From positions 54,136 to 118,135 of the forward strand of contig USGY01000002.1 of NCBI GenBank assembly GCA_900554365.1: a stretch of DNA of 64,000 nucleotides. Direction: 5' to 3'. This document shows positions 47,523-56,617 of this stretch, in pieces (position 1 is the first letter of the stretch; each line of letters begins with the position of its first letter). Source of the DNA: an uncultured Clostridium sp. GTDB lineage: Bacteria; Bacillota; Clostridia; TANB77; CAG-508. The notes beneath the pieces are model-generated. The model did not search any database and had not been told where the DNA came from. It saw only the letters and a program-made list of their open reading frames with translations. Both the position numbers and the translations under genes were made by a program.

Positions 47523-48698
47523 ATGGCAGGGTATCTTGAAAAGAGAGGCAAACGCTCTTGGAGATTAATTGTATCACATGGTTATGACAGCTATGGTAAC
47601 AGAATTAGATATACCAAAAGTATTAAAGCAAATAGTAGACGTGAGGCAGACAAAGAACTTGTAAACTTTGTTTACGAGATAGAAAATGGTATTGTTTTGC
47701 AAAACTCTTCAATGACATTTAAGGAATTTACAGATTTATGGGCTAAAAATTATGGTGAAAAAGAATTAGCACCTAAAACTTATGAAAGATATAAAGGAAT
47801 GCTAAAATCACGAATTATCCCCTACTTCGGTCATTATAAGTTATGCAATATAAAACCAACTCACATTATGAGTTTTTACGATTATCTTTCAAAAGATCAT
47901 CAACTTAAAAGATGTAAAAATCATAATGGAAAAACTGTAATGAAGGGCTTATCCTCTAAAACAATACTAGAACACCATCGTTTACTACATGCTATGTTAC
48001 AAAATGCTGTATATTGGCAAATACTACCTTATAATCCAGCAGACAGAGTAAAACCACCTAAGCATGAAAGACCTCAAATTAAATACTATGATGATGTTCA
48101 ATGTAAACAACTACTAGAGGCATTAGAAAATGAAGAAATTAAATTTCAAACTATTGTTATATTAACATTGTTTACTGGTATGCGTAGAGGCGAAGTATTG
48201 GGCTTAGAATGGTCAGATATCGATTTTAAAGAAGGTTTTGTTAATATTACTAAGTCAAGTCAATATATTGCAGATAAAGGCATTTTCGTAAAAGACCCAA
48301 AGACTCGTAGTTCAATTAGGAAAGTCGGAATACCTGATATTGTAATAAATATGCTAAATAAGTATAAAACTTGGTATGAACAAGAAAAAGAAAATTGTGG
48401 CAACTTATGGGTTAACTCAAATAGACTATTCGTTACTTGGAATGGTAAGCCAATGCATCCTGATACTGTTACAGATTGGTTTCGTTCTTTTATTGAAAAG
48501 AACAATTTACCGAAAATTACTTTCCATGGTTTGCGACACACAAATGCTACTTTGCTTATATCTAAAAATGTAGATGTAGCTGTTGTAGCGTCAAGATTAG
48601 GGCATGCTCAAATAACTACTACCTTAAACTTTTATGTGCATCCAGTAGAAGCTCATAATAAAGAGGCTGGTAATGTTTTAGAGAAAATGCTCGTATAA
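47523..48698 (+). CDS. int: tyrosine-type site-specific integrase, element B
   Basis: The start is trimmed to MAGYLEKRGK, which aligns with the element-A integrase MAGSIEKRGK and has the same GAAAGGAGGTG RBS. Catalytic motifs: HGLRHT...LGHAQITTTLNFYVH. Confidence 0.9.
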   Translation: MAGYLEKRGKRSWRLIVSHGYDSYGNRIRYTKSIKANSRREADKELVNFVYEIENGIVLQNSSMTFKEFTDLWAKNYGEKELAPKTYERYKGMLKSRIIPYFGHYKLCNIKPTHIMSFYDYLSKDHQLKRCKNHNGKTVMKGLSSKTILEHHRLLHAMLQNAVYWQILPYNPADRVKPPKHERPQIKYYDDVQCKQLLEALENEEIKFQTIVILTLFTGMRRGEVLGLEWSDIDFKEGFVNITKSSQYIADKGIFVKDPKTRSSIRKVGIPDIVINMLNKYKTWYEQEKENCGNLWVNSNRLFVTWNGKPMHPDTVTDWFRSFIEKNNLPKITFHGLRHTNATLLISKNVDVAVVASRLGHAQITTTLNFYVHPVEAHNKEAGNVLEKMLV

Positions 48699-48804
48699 AA
48701 ACTCTTTTCAAAATTTCTCGAAAATTACTTTTTTTGATTTTCAAAGTTTAATATAAATTAGCAAGGCTAAAGTATGCTATTTAATACATAAAAATGTAGG
48801 GACT

Positions 48805-48823
48805 GTCCCCAATTTGTCCCCAC
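48805..48823. repeat. arm-type repeat GTCCCCAATTTGTCCCCAC (right arm of element B)
   Basis: A direct tandem repeat of the xCCCCAxT type. It mirrors the left-arm GTCACCAATTTGTCACCAAT. Confidence 0.5.
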
Positions 48824-48897
48824 TTCTGTGAAAATAGATTTTTAGTCAAAAAAATAAGAGTCCACAATCTCTTGCGACTCTAATAAAATTTTTGGTT

Positions 48898-48942
48898 GCG
48901 GAGGTAAGACTCGAACTTACAACCTTCGGGTTATGAGAAATG
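48898..48942 (-). repeat. att core: tRNA-fMet 3' half, copy 3
   Basis: TGGTTGCGGAGGTAAGACTCGAACTTACAACCTTCGGGTTATGAG differs from the 34621 copy at two or three positions. Again no pairing 5' half follows. Confidence 0.7.
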
Positions 48943-49076
48943 GAATGTATTTTTCGTTTTTTCTATTATGTTTTAAAGAGTGCTATTCTGTACAGTTACA
49001 GCATAACACTCTTTTTATTATTTACTAATAATTCTATTATTTTTTAGGTCGGTAGGGGTATTTTTAGGGGTAAAAT

Positions 49077-49709
49077 CTATTTTTTCAAATAATTCTTTGA
49101 ATCATATCCATTACAGATAATATCAGACACATAATCCATTGTTTTTATAATAGTATCAATAAATTCCATCAAAAGATTTTCATCTACTCTATAACTATTT
49201 TCTCCATGTGCAATACCATTTCGGTATTGCAATAATTTATTTAATCCATCTTTAATTTTTCTATCTTCTATTTCTTTAAAATTAAGTTCTCTTAATAATT
49301 TATTTAGTCTATCGCTATTTATATTTTGGATTGCTTTGTCATTAAAATTAATCGTTTTATCATTATTATTAATATCTTGCAATAATTGTTCAACCAATTT
49401 TTCTTTATTTTGTATTGATTTTATATTTTCTTTAAAGCAATTATATTTTTTTTCAATTTTATGAACCAATAATCTAATTGATATATCATTAAAAGTTAAA
49501 TCTAATTGATTTACAAATTTCATATATATCCTTATAGCATTTTTTACAAATCCCTCTAAGTAAGCATAAATCATTGGCACCATGCTCTTGTAATATATGT
49601 CTTTTTCCTCTTCTATAAATTCATATCTATGTGGCAGTAATTTTATTCTTGTTGTTTCCCTTATAACCCAATCTATTTCTAAATCAATTTCATCTTTTAT
49701 TGTTATCAT
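49077..49709 (-). CDS. HEPN-domain protein (Abi-like / MAE_28990-type, Rx4H motif)
   Basis: The 210-aa ORF has the C-terminal LLQYRNGIAHGE R-x4-H HEPN signature. A 2-nt gap separates it from the upstream DUF262 gene. Confidence 0.6.
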   Translation of the reverse strand: MITIKDEIDLEIDWVIRETTRIKLLPHRYEFIEEEKDIYYKSMVPMIYAYLEGFVKNAIRIYMKFVNQLDLTFNDISIRLLVHKIEKKYNCFKENIKSIQNKEKLVEQLLQDINNNDKTINFNDKAIQNINSDRLNKLLRELNFKEIEDRKIKDGLNKLLQYRNGIAHGENSYRVDENLLMEFIDTIIKTMDYVSDIICNGYDSKNYLKK

Positions 49710-49711
49710 TA

Positions 49712-50776
49712 TTATTCTTCCTTTGGCTCAAATACTTTTAAAGCAATATTTACCTTTTTCTGTAATCTACTCTTACTTCCTGAATTACTTCCCATATTAT
49801 ATGAAAAATCTTTATTCGACTTTAATTCTTCTATCTTTTGCTTCATTATTTCGATATTTTCTTCATAATATTCTATATTTCTCGAAACTCCTATCATAAC
49901 ACCATCAAAATAACTACTTGAAAACTGTTGGTTAGAAGATAAGAAAACTTTATCCCCAACATTATTGTATAATAATGTTATAACTCTTATAAATATTTGT
50001 TTCATAAATTCAAAGTCTAGCACTTTTTCTCCACTTGTAACTTCCTTCATATATTTCGTTAAGAATTGTGACACATTTCCATCTATATTTTCATATGAAT
50101 TATATAATGCTGTAAATCTCAATACTAATTCTTGCAAATATAATTCATCTTTCTTATTTTTGCTTAAATTAGTTATTGTTTCAAATTCACTATTATTAGA
50201 AAGTTCACTTAAATAATCATTAAAATCACTACTATTCCCTCTAAATATACAATTTCTAATTTCTTGTTCTGTTAGTGCAGAACCACCAGTATTAAGTCTA
50301 TTGAATAATTCATATCTCATATCAAGTTTACTATCCCACTTTATGATTTCGACTCTGCAATATGCTCTTTTTATATTTCTTTGAAATATTTGTGGAAGTT
50401 TATCTTTGTTGTACCCATCTAACTCTGGTACTAAATCTCCAGCATCCATTATCCAATTATTTTTATCACCGTCTTTAAGTAATCCAAAAAATGATAATAC
50501 AGTTGATAATCTTTGCAATCCATCTACTAATTCCCATTTACCTTCTTTGTCTTCTGCAACAAATATTGGTGGGATTGGTATCCCTAATAAAATTGATTCA
50601 ATAAATCTGGTTTTTTGAAAATTTTTCCATCTAAATAATCTTTGAAACTCTGGAGATATTATTAAATCGCCACTTTGATACATATTTATAATTTCTCCAT
50701 AAGACATATCTAGCCTATCCGTTGTTAAATTATTTCTTAAATCTTTTATTCTTTGTTCTAATTTTTCATCATCCAT
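49712..50776 (-). CDS. DUF262 (ParB/Srx-fold, GmrS-like N-terminal domain) protein
   Basis: SPEFQR.FRW and VDGLQRL (DGQQR-type) motifs. A 354-aa ORF. Confidence 0.7.
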   Translation of the reverse strand: MDDEKLEQRIKDLRNNLTTDRLDMSYGEIINMYQSGDLIISPEFQRLFRWKNFQKTRFIESILLGIPIPPIFVAEDKEGKWELVDGLQRLSTVLSFFGLLKDGDKNNWIMDAGDLVPELDGYNKDKLPQIFQRNIKRAYCRVEIIKWDSKLDMRYELFNRLNTGGSALTEQEIRNCIFRGNSSDFNDYLSELSNNSEFETITNLSKNKKDELYLQELVLRFTALYNSYENIDGNVSQFLTKYMKEVTSGEKVLDFEFMKQIFIRVITLLYNNVGDKVFLSSNQQFSSSYFDGVMIGVSRNIEYYEENIEIMKQKIEELKSNKDFSYNMGSNSGSKSRLQKKVNIALKVFEPKEE

Positions 50777-50797
50777 TATAACAATTCCTCCTATATT

Positions 50798-51814
50798 TTA
50801 TTCTTCATTTTCTCTTAAAACTTTTTCAACTTCTTTTATTAATTGTTCTTTATCAGGAATGCAATATGTATATTCTGAAGCAAATATATTGTTATTTAAA
50901 CCTTCTAATGAGTACTCTGCAACAATCTCGTCTTTTTCTGCACATAATACAATTCCAATTGGCTTATTATCTTCTTCTGTATTTACCTCCTTTTCGTAAT
51001 AATTCAAGTACATATTCATTTGTCCCATGTTTTCTGGTTTTAGATGTCCTATCTTCAAATCAATTAAAACATAACATTTTAATATTTTATTATAAAATAC
51101 CATATCTACATAGTAATGTGTATTGCCTAATGTTACTCTTTGTTGTGAACCAACAAACATAAACCCTTTTCCCAATTCAAGTAAAAAATCTTCAATATGT
51201 TTAATCAATTTATACTCTAAATCTTTTTCTAATATAGGTTTATTTTCTGGTATTCCTAAAAATTCAAACACATATGGATCTTTTAATATATCCTCAGGCT
51301 TTTCTATTACTTGTCCTTCCTTAGCCAATTTTAAAACTTTTTCTTTATTTGCTTTTCCATCAGATAATAATAATCTTTCATAAAGTGATGATTCTACTTG
51401 TCTTTTTAATTCTCTAACTGCCCATTTAGAATTTATACATTCTTTTTCATAAAAGTCTCTTTTTTCTTTATCTTTAATAATTACCAATTCACAATAATGT
51501 GACCATGATAATTTGCCAGATGTCTGGCATTTTGGATAATATTGATAAAATAGTCTCATATTTTGTAAATTCGTTCGAGAAAAGCCTTTTCCTAATTCAT
51601 TTTTTAATTTTTTAGATAGATTTATCAATAATCCTTTTCCATATTCTGCTTTGCTTTTCCCTTTTTGTTCTTCCTCTATAATTTTTCTTCCTATATCCCA
51701 ATAGCACTTTATTTGTTCATTATTCATTTCATCTTTTAATTTTTCTCTAGACTTTATCACTAATTCTGTAATCTCTTTTGATAAATTATCTACAATTAAT
51801 TCATTATTATCCAT
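50798..51814 (-). CDS. YhcG-like PD-(D/E)xK nuclease (DUF1016 family)
   Basis: The C-terminal PDDEXK core is YYVDMVFYN...YVLIDLK. The start is trimmed to MDNNELIVDNL, typical of the YhcG N-terminal helix. It overlaps the stop of the upstream exonuclease gene by 8 nt. Confidence 0.65.
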   Translation of the reverse strand: MDNNELIVDNLSKEITELVIKSREKLKDEMNNEQIKCYWDIGRKIIEEEQKGKSKAEYGKGLLINLSKKLKNELGKGFSRTNLQNMRLFYQYYPKCQTSGKLSWSHYCELVIIKDKEKRDFYEKECINSKWAVRELKRQVESSLYERLLLSDGKANKEKVLKLAKEGQVIEKPEDILKDPYVFEFLGIPENKPILEKDLEYKLIKHIEDFLLELGKGFMFVGSQQRVTLGNTHYYVDMVFYNKILKCYVLIDLKIGHLKPENMGQMNMYLNYYEKEVNTEEDNKPIGIVLCAEKDEIVAEYSLEGLNNNIFASEYTYCIPDKEQLIKEVEKVLRENEE

Positions 51815-52781
51815 CAGATTTCCTCCATTTCGTAAATATTTTATCATGTTTTTCCAATTTTGTATATATTTTCCACAAATTTGCCAGACGTCTGTCAAAT
51901 TCAATTTTCATTTTTAAATTTTCTGCTTTTAATAATTTTGAACTTTTCTTTCCTCTCAAAATAGGATTATAATCATTATTTCCTAATATTAAATAATTCG
52001 TTTCTTTATTTACGCCATCTTGACAATGTCCACCCAAATCAGTAATAAGCTGCATTGCTTCCTTTCTCAACATTTTTTCTAATGTTCCAGTAATAGCAAC
52101 ATACTTATCATAAAATAAATTTTCTTTGTCAAATTCTGTATTATTAGCAGTAACATCACTTGCTTTAAATCCAGAATGATTTTGGGTTTTACATGCATTT
52201 TTAAAATTATCTATGTTATGATATTTTTCTGTGGCAAGTTTCTCTAAATTATTATACACTTCAATTGTCATTCTAACATCTTTCAAAGATCTATGACTTC
52301 CTACTGCATTAATATTATAATAATCTGCTAAATCGCTTAATCTGTGATGCTTAAGTTCGGGCAAAAGCCTTCTGCTTAATCTTAATGTATCAATAAAATC
52401 ATTAGTAATAGGCTTCATGTTAAATTTCACCAAATTATCATATATAAAATTGATATCAAAATTCACATTGTGTCCCAGAATAATTGAATCACCTATAAAT
52501 TCTATAAATTTAGATAATACTTCATCTATGGATGGTGATTTTTTTACCACTTCATTAGTAATACCTGTTAATTTAGAAATAAACTCATTTATTTCATACT
52601 CTGGTTTTACCAAAGTGTTAAATACTTGAACTTCTCTTCCATTTTCAATTTTTATGGCTCCTATTTCTATTATTTCATCATACATAGGGTCTAAGCCTGT
52701 TGTTTCAATATCAAAGGCAATATATTTATTAGGAAATTCTATTAAACTTTTTCCTTTTTTTTTCCTTAAAGACATCAACAT
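51807..52781 (-). CDS. DEDDh (DnaQ-like) 3'-5' exonuclease fused to a C-terminal BRCT domain (second copy of this architecture)
   Basis: FDIETTGLD (Exo I), HNVNFD (Exo II), H..LKD (Exo III), and a C-terminal BRCT (VAITGTLEKMLRKEAMQLITDLGG...NYLILG). Confidence 0.7.
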   Translation of the reverse strand: MLMSLRKKKGKSLIEFPNKYIAFDIETTGLDPMYDEIIEIGAIKIENGREVQVFNTLVKPEYEINEFISKLTGITNEVVKKSPSIDEVLSKFIEFIGDSIILGHNVNFDINFIYDNLVKFNMKPITNDFIDTLRLSRRLLPELKHHRLSDLADYYNINAVGSHRSLKDVRMTIEVYNNLEKLATEKYHNIDNFKNACKTQNHSGFKASDVTANNTEFDKENLFYDKYVAITGTLEKMLRKEAMQLITDLGGHCQDGVNKETNYLILGNNDYNPILRGKKSSKLLKAENLKMKIEFDRRLANLWKIYTKLEKHDKIFTKWRKSDG

Positions 52782-53104
52782 TTACCTCTTTTCCAATTTC
52801 TAAAATAGATTATACCATAAAATTAACATTTTGTAACACTCCTTAATTTTTTGTACTTTTCTTATTTTAGTTATTACCATTTTTTTTTCTTACCACCTTA
52901 AAATAGATTTATAAGTCTTTTATGCTTCAAATTTCAAGCCGATAAGATTCATTATTAGTTAGAACAATAATGCTCTCTTTTTTATATCAAATATACTCAA
53001 TATTTTAAAAAACGTAGACTTTTGTTTTACAATCTAAGCACTTTTTCGTTCTTTAAATTTTACTATAGAAAATCAATACTGAAAAAAAGATTATAAAAGA
53101 TTAA

Positions 53105-53131
53105 AAGAACCTGAACTGTTTTCAGGTTCTT
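53105..53131. terminator. rho-independent terminator (perfect 11-bp palindromic hairpin)
   Basis: AAGAACCTGAA-CTGTT-TTCAGGTTCTT with a T-rich tract on the minus strand after the 53140-53826 gene. Confidence 0.6.
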
Positions 53132-53139
53132 AATATATT

Positions 53140-53826
53140 TTACTTCCCAATTGGCAATAATGTTGACAATCTGTCATAAGCATTTAATCCATTTTGGATT
53201 TTTTCATTTTTATTTTTAGTATATTCATTATAACTTCCTGTAGGATTTGTTGCAATCTTAACTAATTCTTGATAATTATTATAAAAATCAAGTAATGCAT
53301 TATATAAATCTTTTTCTCCCAAAGGCATATTTTTCAATTCTTTTACTTGTCTTTTTATATCTTCTGACTCTTTATTTATATCATCTATTTCTTTTCTTTT
53401 ATCTGTAAATAAATTATTTAAAGATATATTAAAATCAGAATTAAATTCATATTTTTTATAAATTGTTTTATATTCATTATAGAAGTCTTGCCTAATTGTA
53501 TACTTATTTGTCTCTTTATCACTTTTTTCATATATGGTATTATACCAAACATTAGCCGTTAAATTTGCCAAAGATTCACAATCTGCACTTGATCCCAGCA
53601 TTTGAATTGATAACAAATTAATTTTATTGCTATACTTATTTTCACTGTAAATATAGAAACTAATTAAACCAATTATAATAATTATAAGAACCAAAATTGC
53701 TACAATTATAACTTTTTTATGTTTTTTAAAATTTAATCCATATCTTTTTAGTGAATATGCACAATTAGGACATTTTTTTGCTTTATCTGATACTTCTTTT
53801 CCACATTCTGGACATTTTACTAGCAT
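53140..53826 (-). CDS. zinc-ribbon membrane protein
   Basis: An N-terminal CPECG...CPNC zinc ribbon, one transmembrane helix and an extracellular domain. Confidence 0.4.
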   Translation of the reverse strand: MLVKCPECGKEVSDKAKKCPNCAYSLKRYGLNFKKHKKVIIVAILVLIIIIIGLISFYIYSENKYSNKINLLSIQMLGSSADCESLANLTANVWYNTIYEKSDKETNKYTIRQDFYNEYKTIYKKYEFNSDFNISLNNLFTDKRKEIDDINKESEDIKRQVKELKNMPLGEKDLYNALLDFYNNYQELVKIATNPTGSYNEYTKNKNEKIQNGLNAYDRLSTLLPIGK

Positions 53827-53845
53827 GTTATTCTCCTTATTTTAA

Positions 53846-54451
53846 TTATTTTTCAAATTTTAGATTTGTTATTTTTATTTCATTTCTAGTAGGATCTATA
53901 TTATCAGATAAATTTTTTAATTCATAATAATGATCTTTTTCACTTGACCATTCATAATTTGGCTTTAATGCTGATACAGTATTATATATATCAGAAATTC
54001 CTATATTTATATTGTTTTCTCCAATTGTGTTTCCACTTTCATCTTTAAAATAAACTGTAATTGTCAATTGACTAATAGATTTATCTCCATTATTCTTTAC
54101 TTTTATTTCAGATAATCCCCAAACTTTATCATTATAATATGTATCAAATTCATCAACAACTGCACTTTCTAATACCAAATTATCATTAATATAATTTACT
54201 GTTTCTTGTGTGGTTGAATTATTTCCATTATTACTTATGCCTCCATTCAAAGTATTTTGTAAATTTGCTACTGTTTCATTTACATTCTTTTTAGCTTGCG
54301 TAATTCTTATTTGCCTTACAATGAAATATCCAGCAACTATTATAATAATAGCTAATATCACTCCTATAATAATAAATTTTTGTTTTGAATTGTTACTTTG
54401 TCTTTTTCCCATAACACTACCCCCCTCTTTTATTTTTTTATAGTATAACAT
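53846..54451 (-). CDS. membrane-anchored hypothetical protein
   Basis: A 201-aa ORF with a single transmembrane helix and N/T-rich linkers. Confidence 0.35.
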   Translation of the reverse strand: MLYYKKIKEGGSVMGKRQSNNSKQKFIIIGVILAIIIIVAGYFIVRQIRITQAKKNVNETVANLQNTLNGGISNNGNNSTTQETVNYINDNLVLESAVVDEFDTYYNDKVWGLSEIKVKNNGDKSISQLTITVYFKDESGNTIGENNINIGISDIYNTVSALKPNYEWSSEKDHYYELKNLSDNIDPTRNEIKITNLKFEK

Positions 54452-54528
54452 AACTTTTTATTTTTGTACACGTTTTTGTACACTTATTTAAAATTATTTT
54501 TTGTACATAATAATAATAGGTGATAAAA

Positions 54529-54708
54529 ATGAAAAAATTAAGAATTGAAAAAGCTAAAAAAAGTAATGATACTATTACAAGAACAATAAGAATAAGTGGA
54601 AAAACATTCGATAAAATTAATGAATTAGCAGAAAAAAATGAATTAAGTTTTAATAGCGTTATAAACCAAATTATTGAATATGGTTTAGGCAATTTAGAAG
54701 AAAATTAA
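54529..54708 (+). CDS. small ribbon-helix-helix-like protein (putative)
   Basis: MKKLRIEKAK...TIRISGKTFDKINELAEKNELSFNSVINQIIEYGL has a beta-strand followed by two helices, as in CopG/Arc RHH proteins. A GGTG RBS lies upstream. Confidence 0.3.
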   Translation: MKKLRIEKAKKSNDTITRTIRISGKTFDKINELAEKNELSFNSVINQIIEYGLGNLEEN

Positions 54709-54927
54709 TTATTTTTATTGACATTGTGTATACATTTATGATCAAATATAATATCTTTAGAGCTAACAAAATTAAAAACGATTATAAAAAAATGCAAAAA
54801 AAGAAACAACTTTTATGAATTTTTCATAAAAGTTGTTTCTTTACTTGCAAATAGGAAAAAATTATTCGAAAAATATTGTAATCACATATTAGAAATTATT
54901 TTAAAATTATTTTTAATGTTTTAATCC

Positions 54928-55746
54928 CTACGCACTCTTTAATTCCAATCTCAATTTATCAGCAATCATTGCAATAAATTCTGAATTTGTTGGCTTTCCT
55001 TTTGCAGCTGAAATTGTATAGCCAAAGATTTTTTCAACCATTTGTTGGTCTCCACGTCCCCAGGCAACTTCTATTGCATGACGAATTGCACGTTCTACTC
55101 GGCTTGGAGTCGTATTATATTTATATGCTATTTGTGGATATAGACTTTTGGTTATTTGATTTATTACTTCAATATCATTTACTACCATTATTATTGCTTC
55201 TCTTAAATATTGATATCCTTTTATGTGAGCTGGAACTCCTACTTCGTGTATTAAATTAGTTACTAATGCTTCTAAACCATCTTTTTTATTTACTTGATTT
55301 TGGTCAATATCAATATATGATTTACTGCTTTCTTTGGATATGAATGTGTTGTTTTTTGGTGATGGTTTGAAAAATTCTATTTCTTTTATTCTTTTCATTA
55401 ATAATTCTATATCGAATGGCTTTACTACGTAATATTCTGCTCCTAATGTTATTGCTCTTTGAGTTATTTTGTCTTGCCCAACTGCTGATAACATTATAAA
55501 TGTGGGCTTGTTTACATTTGGCATACTTGCCATTTTTTCTAATACTCCTAACCCATCAAGATGTGGCATTATTACATCTAATAATACTAAATCTGGCTTT
55601 ACTGTTGATATTAATTCTAATGCCTCATTTCCATCTCTAGCTATTCCAACAACGTCCATGTCCTCTTGTGAATTTATGTATGTTGATAATGTGTGTGTAA
55701 AGTCTTGATTATCATCAGCAATTAATATAGAAATCTTTTCTTTCAT
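54928..55746 (-). CDS. spo0A: stage 0 sporulation protein A (master sporulation response regulator)
   Basis: The receiver domain plus the Spo0A-specific C-terminal DNA-binding domain ([16 protein letters not shown] ... [15 protein letters not shown]). Confidence 0.9.
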   Translation of the reverse strand: MKEKISILIADDNQDFTHTLSTYINSQEDMDVVGIARDGNEALELISTVKPDLVLLDVIMPHLDGLGVLEKMASMPNVNKPTFIMLSAVGQDKITQRAITLGAEYYVVKPFDIELLMKRIKEIEFFKPSPKNNTFISKESSKSYIDIDQNQVNKKDGLEALVTNLIHEVGVPAHIKGYQYLREAIIMVVNDIEVINQITKSLYPQIAYKYNTTPSRVERAIRHAIEVAWGRGDQQMVEKIFGYTISAAKGKPTNSEFIAMIADKLRLELKSA

Positions 55747-55857
55747 TTCTGCCTCCTAAAAAATATAATTTGCTGTAAATATTTTACATTTAAGATTATA
55801 TTACTTTAGTCAGACTTTTTCAATTGTTTTTGCATTTTGTTTATGAAACCGCCATTT

Positions 55858-56505
55858 TCATTTACATTTCGTTATATATTTTTTATTTAGTTCTTTTATT
55901 TTTGATATTTTTATCTTTTTTGTGTTATAATCTTCCATTAATTTTTCTTTTTGAGCTTGTTCCGTTTCTATTTTACATGTAATATTTTCTTGATATTCTA
56001 GGTTTGTTATGTTTATTTGATTTTTTTTACAATAATATTTAAAACTTTCCAATTCGTTATATTCTAATGTCGCTTCTAGTTCTTCTCCTATACATTTTTG
56101 TACTTTTTTGCTTTTTTCTATTGCTAACATTAAACTTGTTGTATAAGCTCTTACTAATCCACCTGTTCCTAATAATATTCCTCCAAAATATCTTGTTACC
56201 ATTATTAATACATTTAAGAAATTATTTTTTTGCAATACATTTAACATTGGACTTCCTGCAGTTCCTGATGGCTCCCCATCATCACTAAATCTTTCTACTA
56301 TTTGCCCTTTTTCTATAACTCTATATGCTATACAATTATGTCTTGCATCAAAATATTTCTTTTTTGTTGCTTTTATTATTTTTTCCGCTTCTTCTACATT
56401 TTCTATATAAAAGAAATTCGCGATAAATTTTGACTTTTTTTCAATAAATTCTGCTTGTACATTTTCTTCTATTGTTGTAAATTCACAAATTTTATTTTGA
56501 ATCAT
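55858..56505 (-). CDS. YigZ/IMPACT-family (UPF0029) protein
   Basis: DDGEP.GTAG and GG..LG.GGLVRAY motifs. Confidence 0.75.
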   Translation of the reverse strand: MIQNKICEFTTIEENVQAEFIEKKSKFIANFFYIENVEEAEKIIKATKKKYFDARHNCIAYRVIEKGQIVERFSDDGEPSGTAGSPMLNVLQKNNFLNVLIMVTRYFGGILLGTGGLVRAYTTSLMLAIEKSKKVQKCIGEELEATLEYNELESFKYYCKKNQINITNLEYQENITCKIETEQAQKEKLMEDYNTKKIKISKIKELNKKYITKCK

Positions 56506-56617
56506 TTTATTTTTCCTTTTCTTTTATTTATAAAAAGGACTGATTTTTACATCAATCCCTTTTTATTCTGCTGAATTTTTTCCTGCTACATATCCTGTTG
56601 AATATGCTATTTGTAGG

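Larger units (their letters stand above)
34621..48942. mobile_element. integrative element B (PICI/satellite-like), syntenic paralog of element A with Type IIB R-M, GIY-YIG, HTH-Fic and helicase cargo
   Basis: It is bounded by att copies at 34621 and 48898, has element-specific arm repeats at 34777 and 48805, and carries int at 47523-48698. Confidence 0.7.
15378..52800. mobile_element. composite genomic (defence) island built from tandem integrative elements
   Basis: The interval is bounded by core genes (ASCH at 14979-15377; membrane and spo0A genes from 53140). It contains two integrases, three tRNA-fMet 3'-half att copies, duplicated replication/excision modules and multiple defence systems. 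Confidence 0.75.

Noticed and set aside
34621-48942. Calling the tRNA-fMet-like segments tRNA genes
   Set aside because: Each copy contains only the anticodon loop through the CCA end. The sequence that should supply the 5' acceptor, D-arm and 5' anticodon stem does not pair, so these are att-core fragments, not functional tRNAs.
51815-51904. 30-codon N-terminal extension of the YhcG-like ORF overlapping the exonuclease gene by ~100 nt
   Set aside because: The family-typical N-terminus begins at MDNNELIVDNL, which gives a tidy 8-nt overlap, so the shorter start was chosen.
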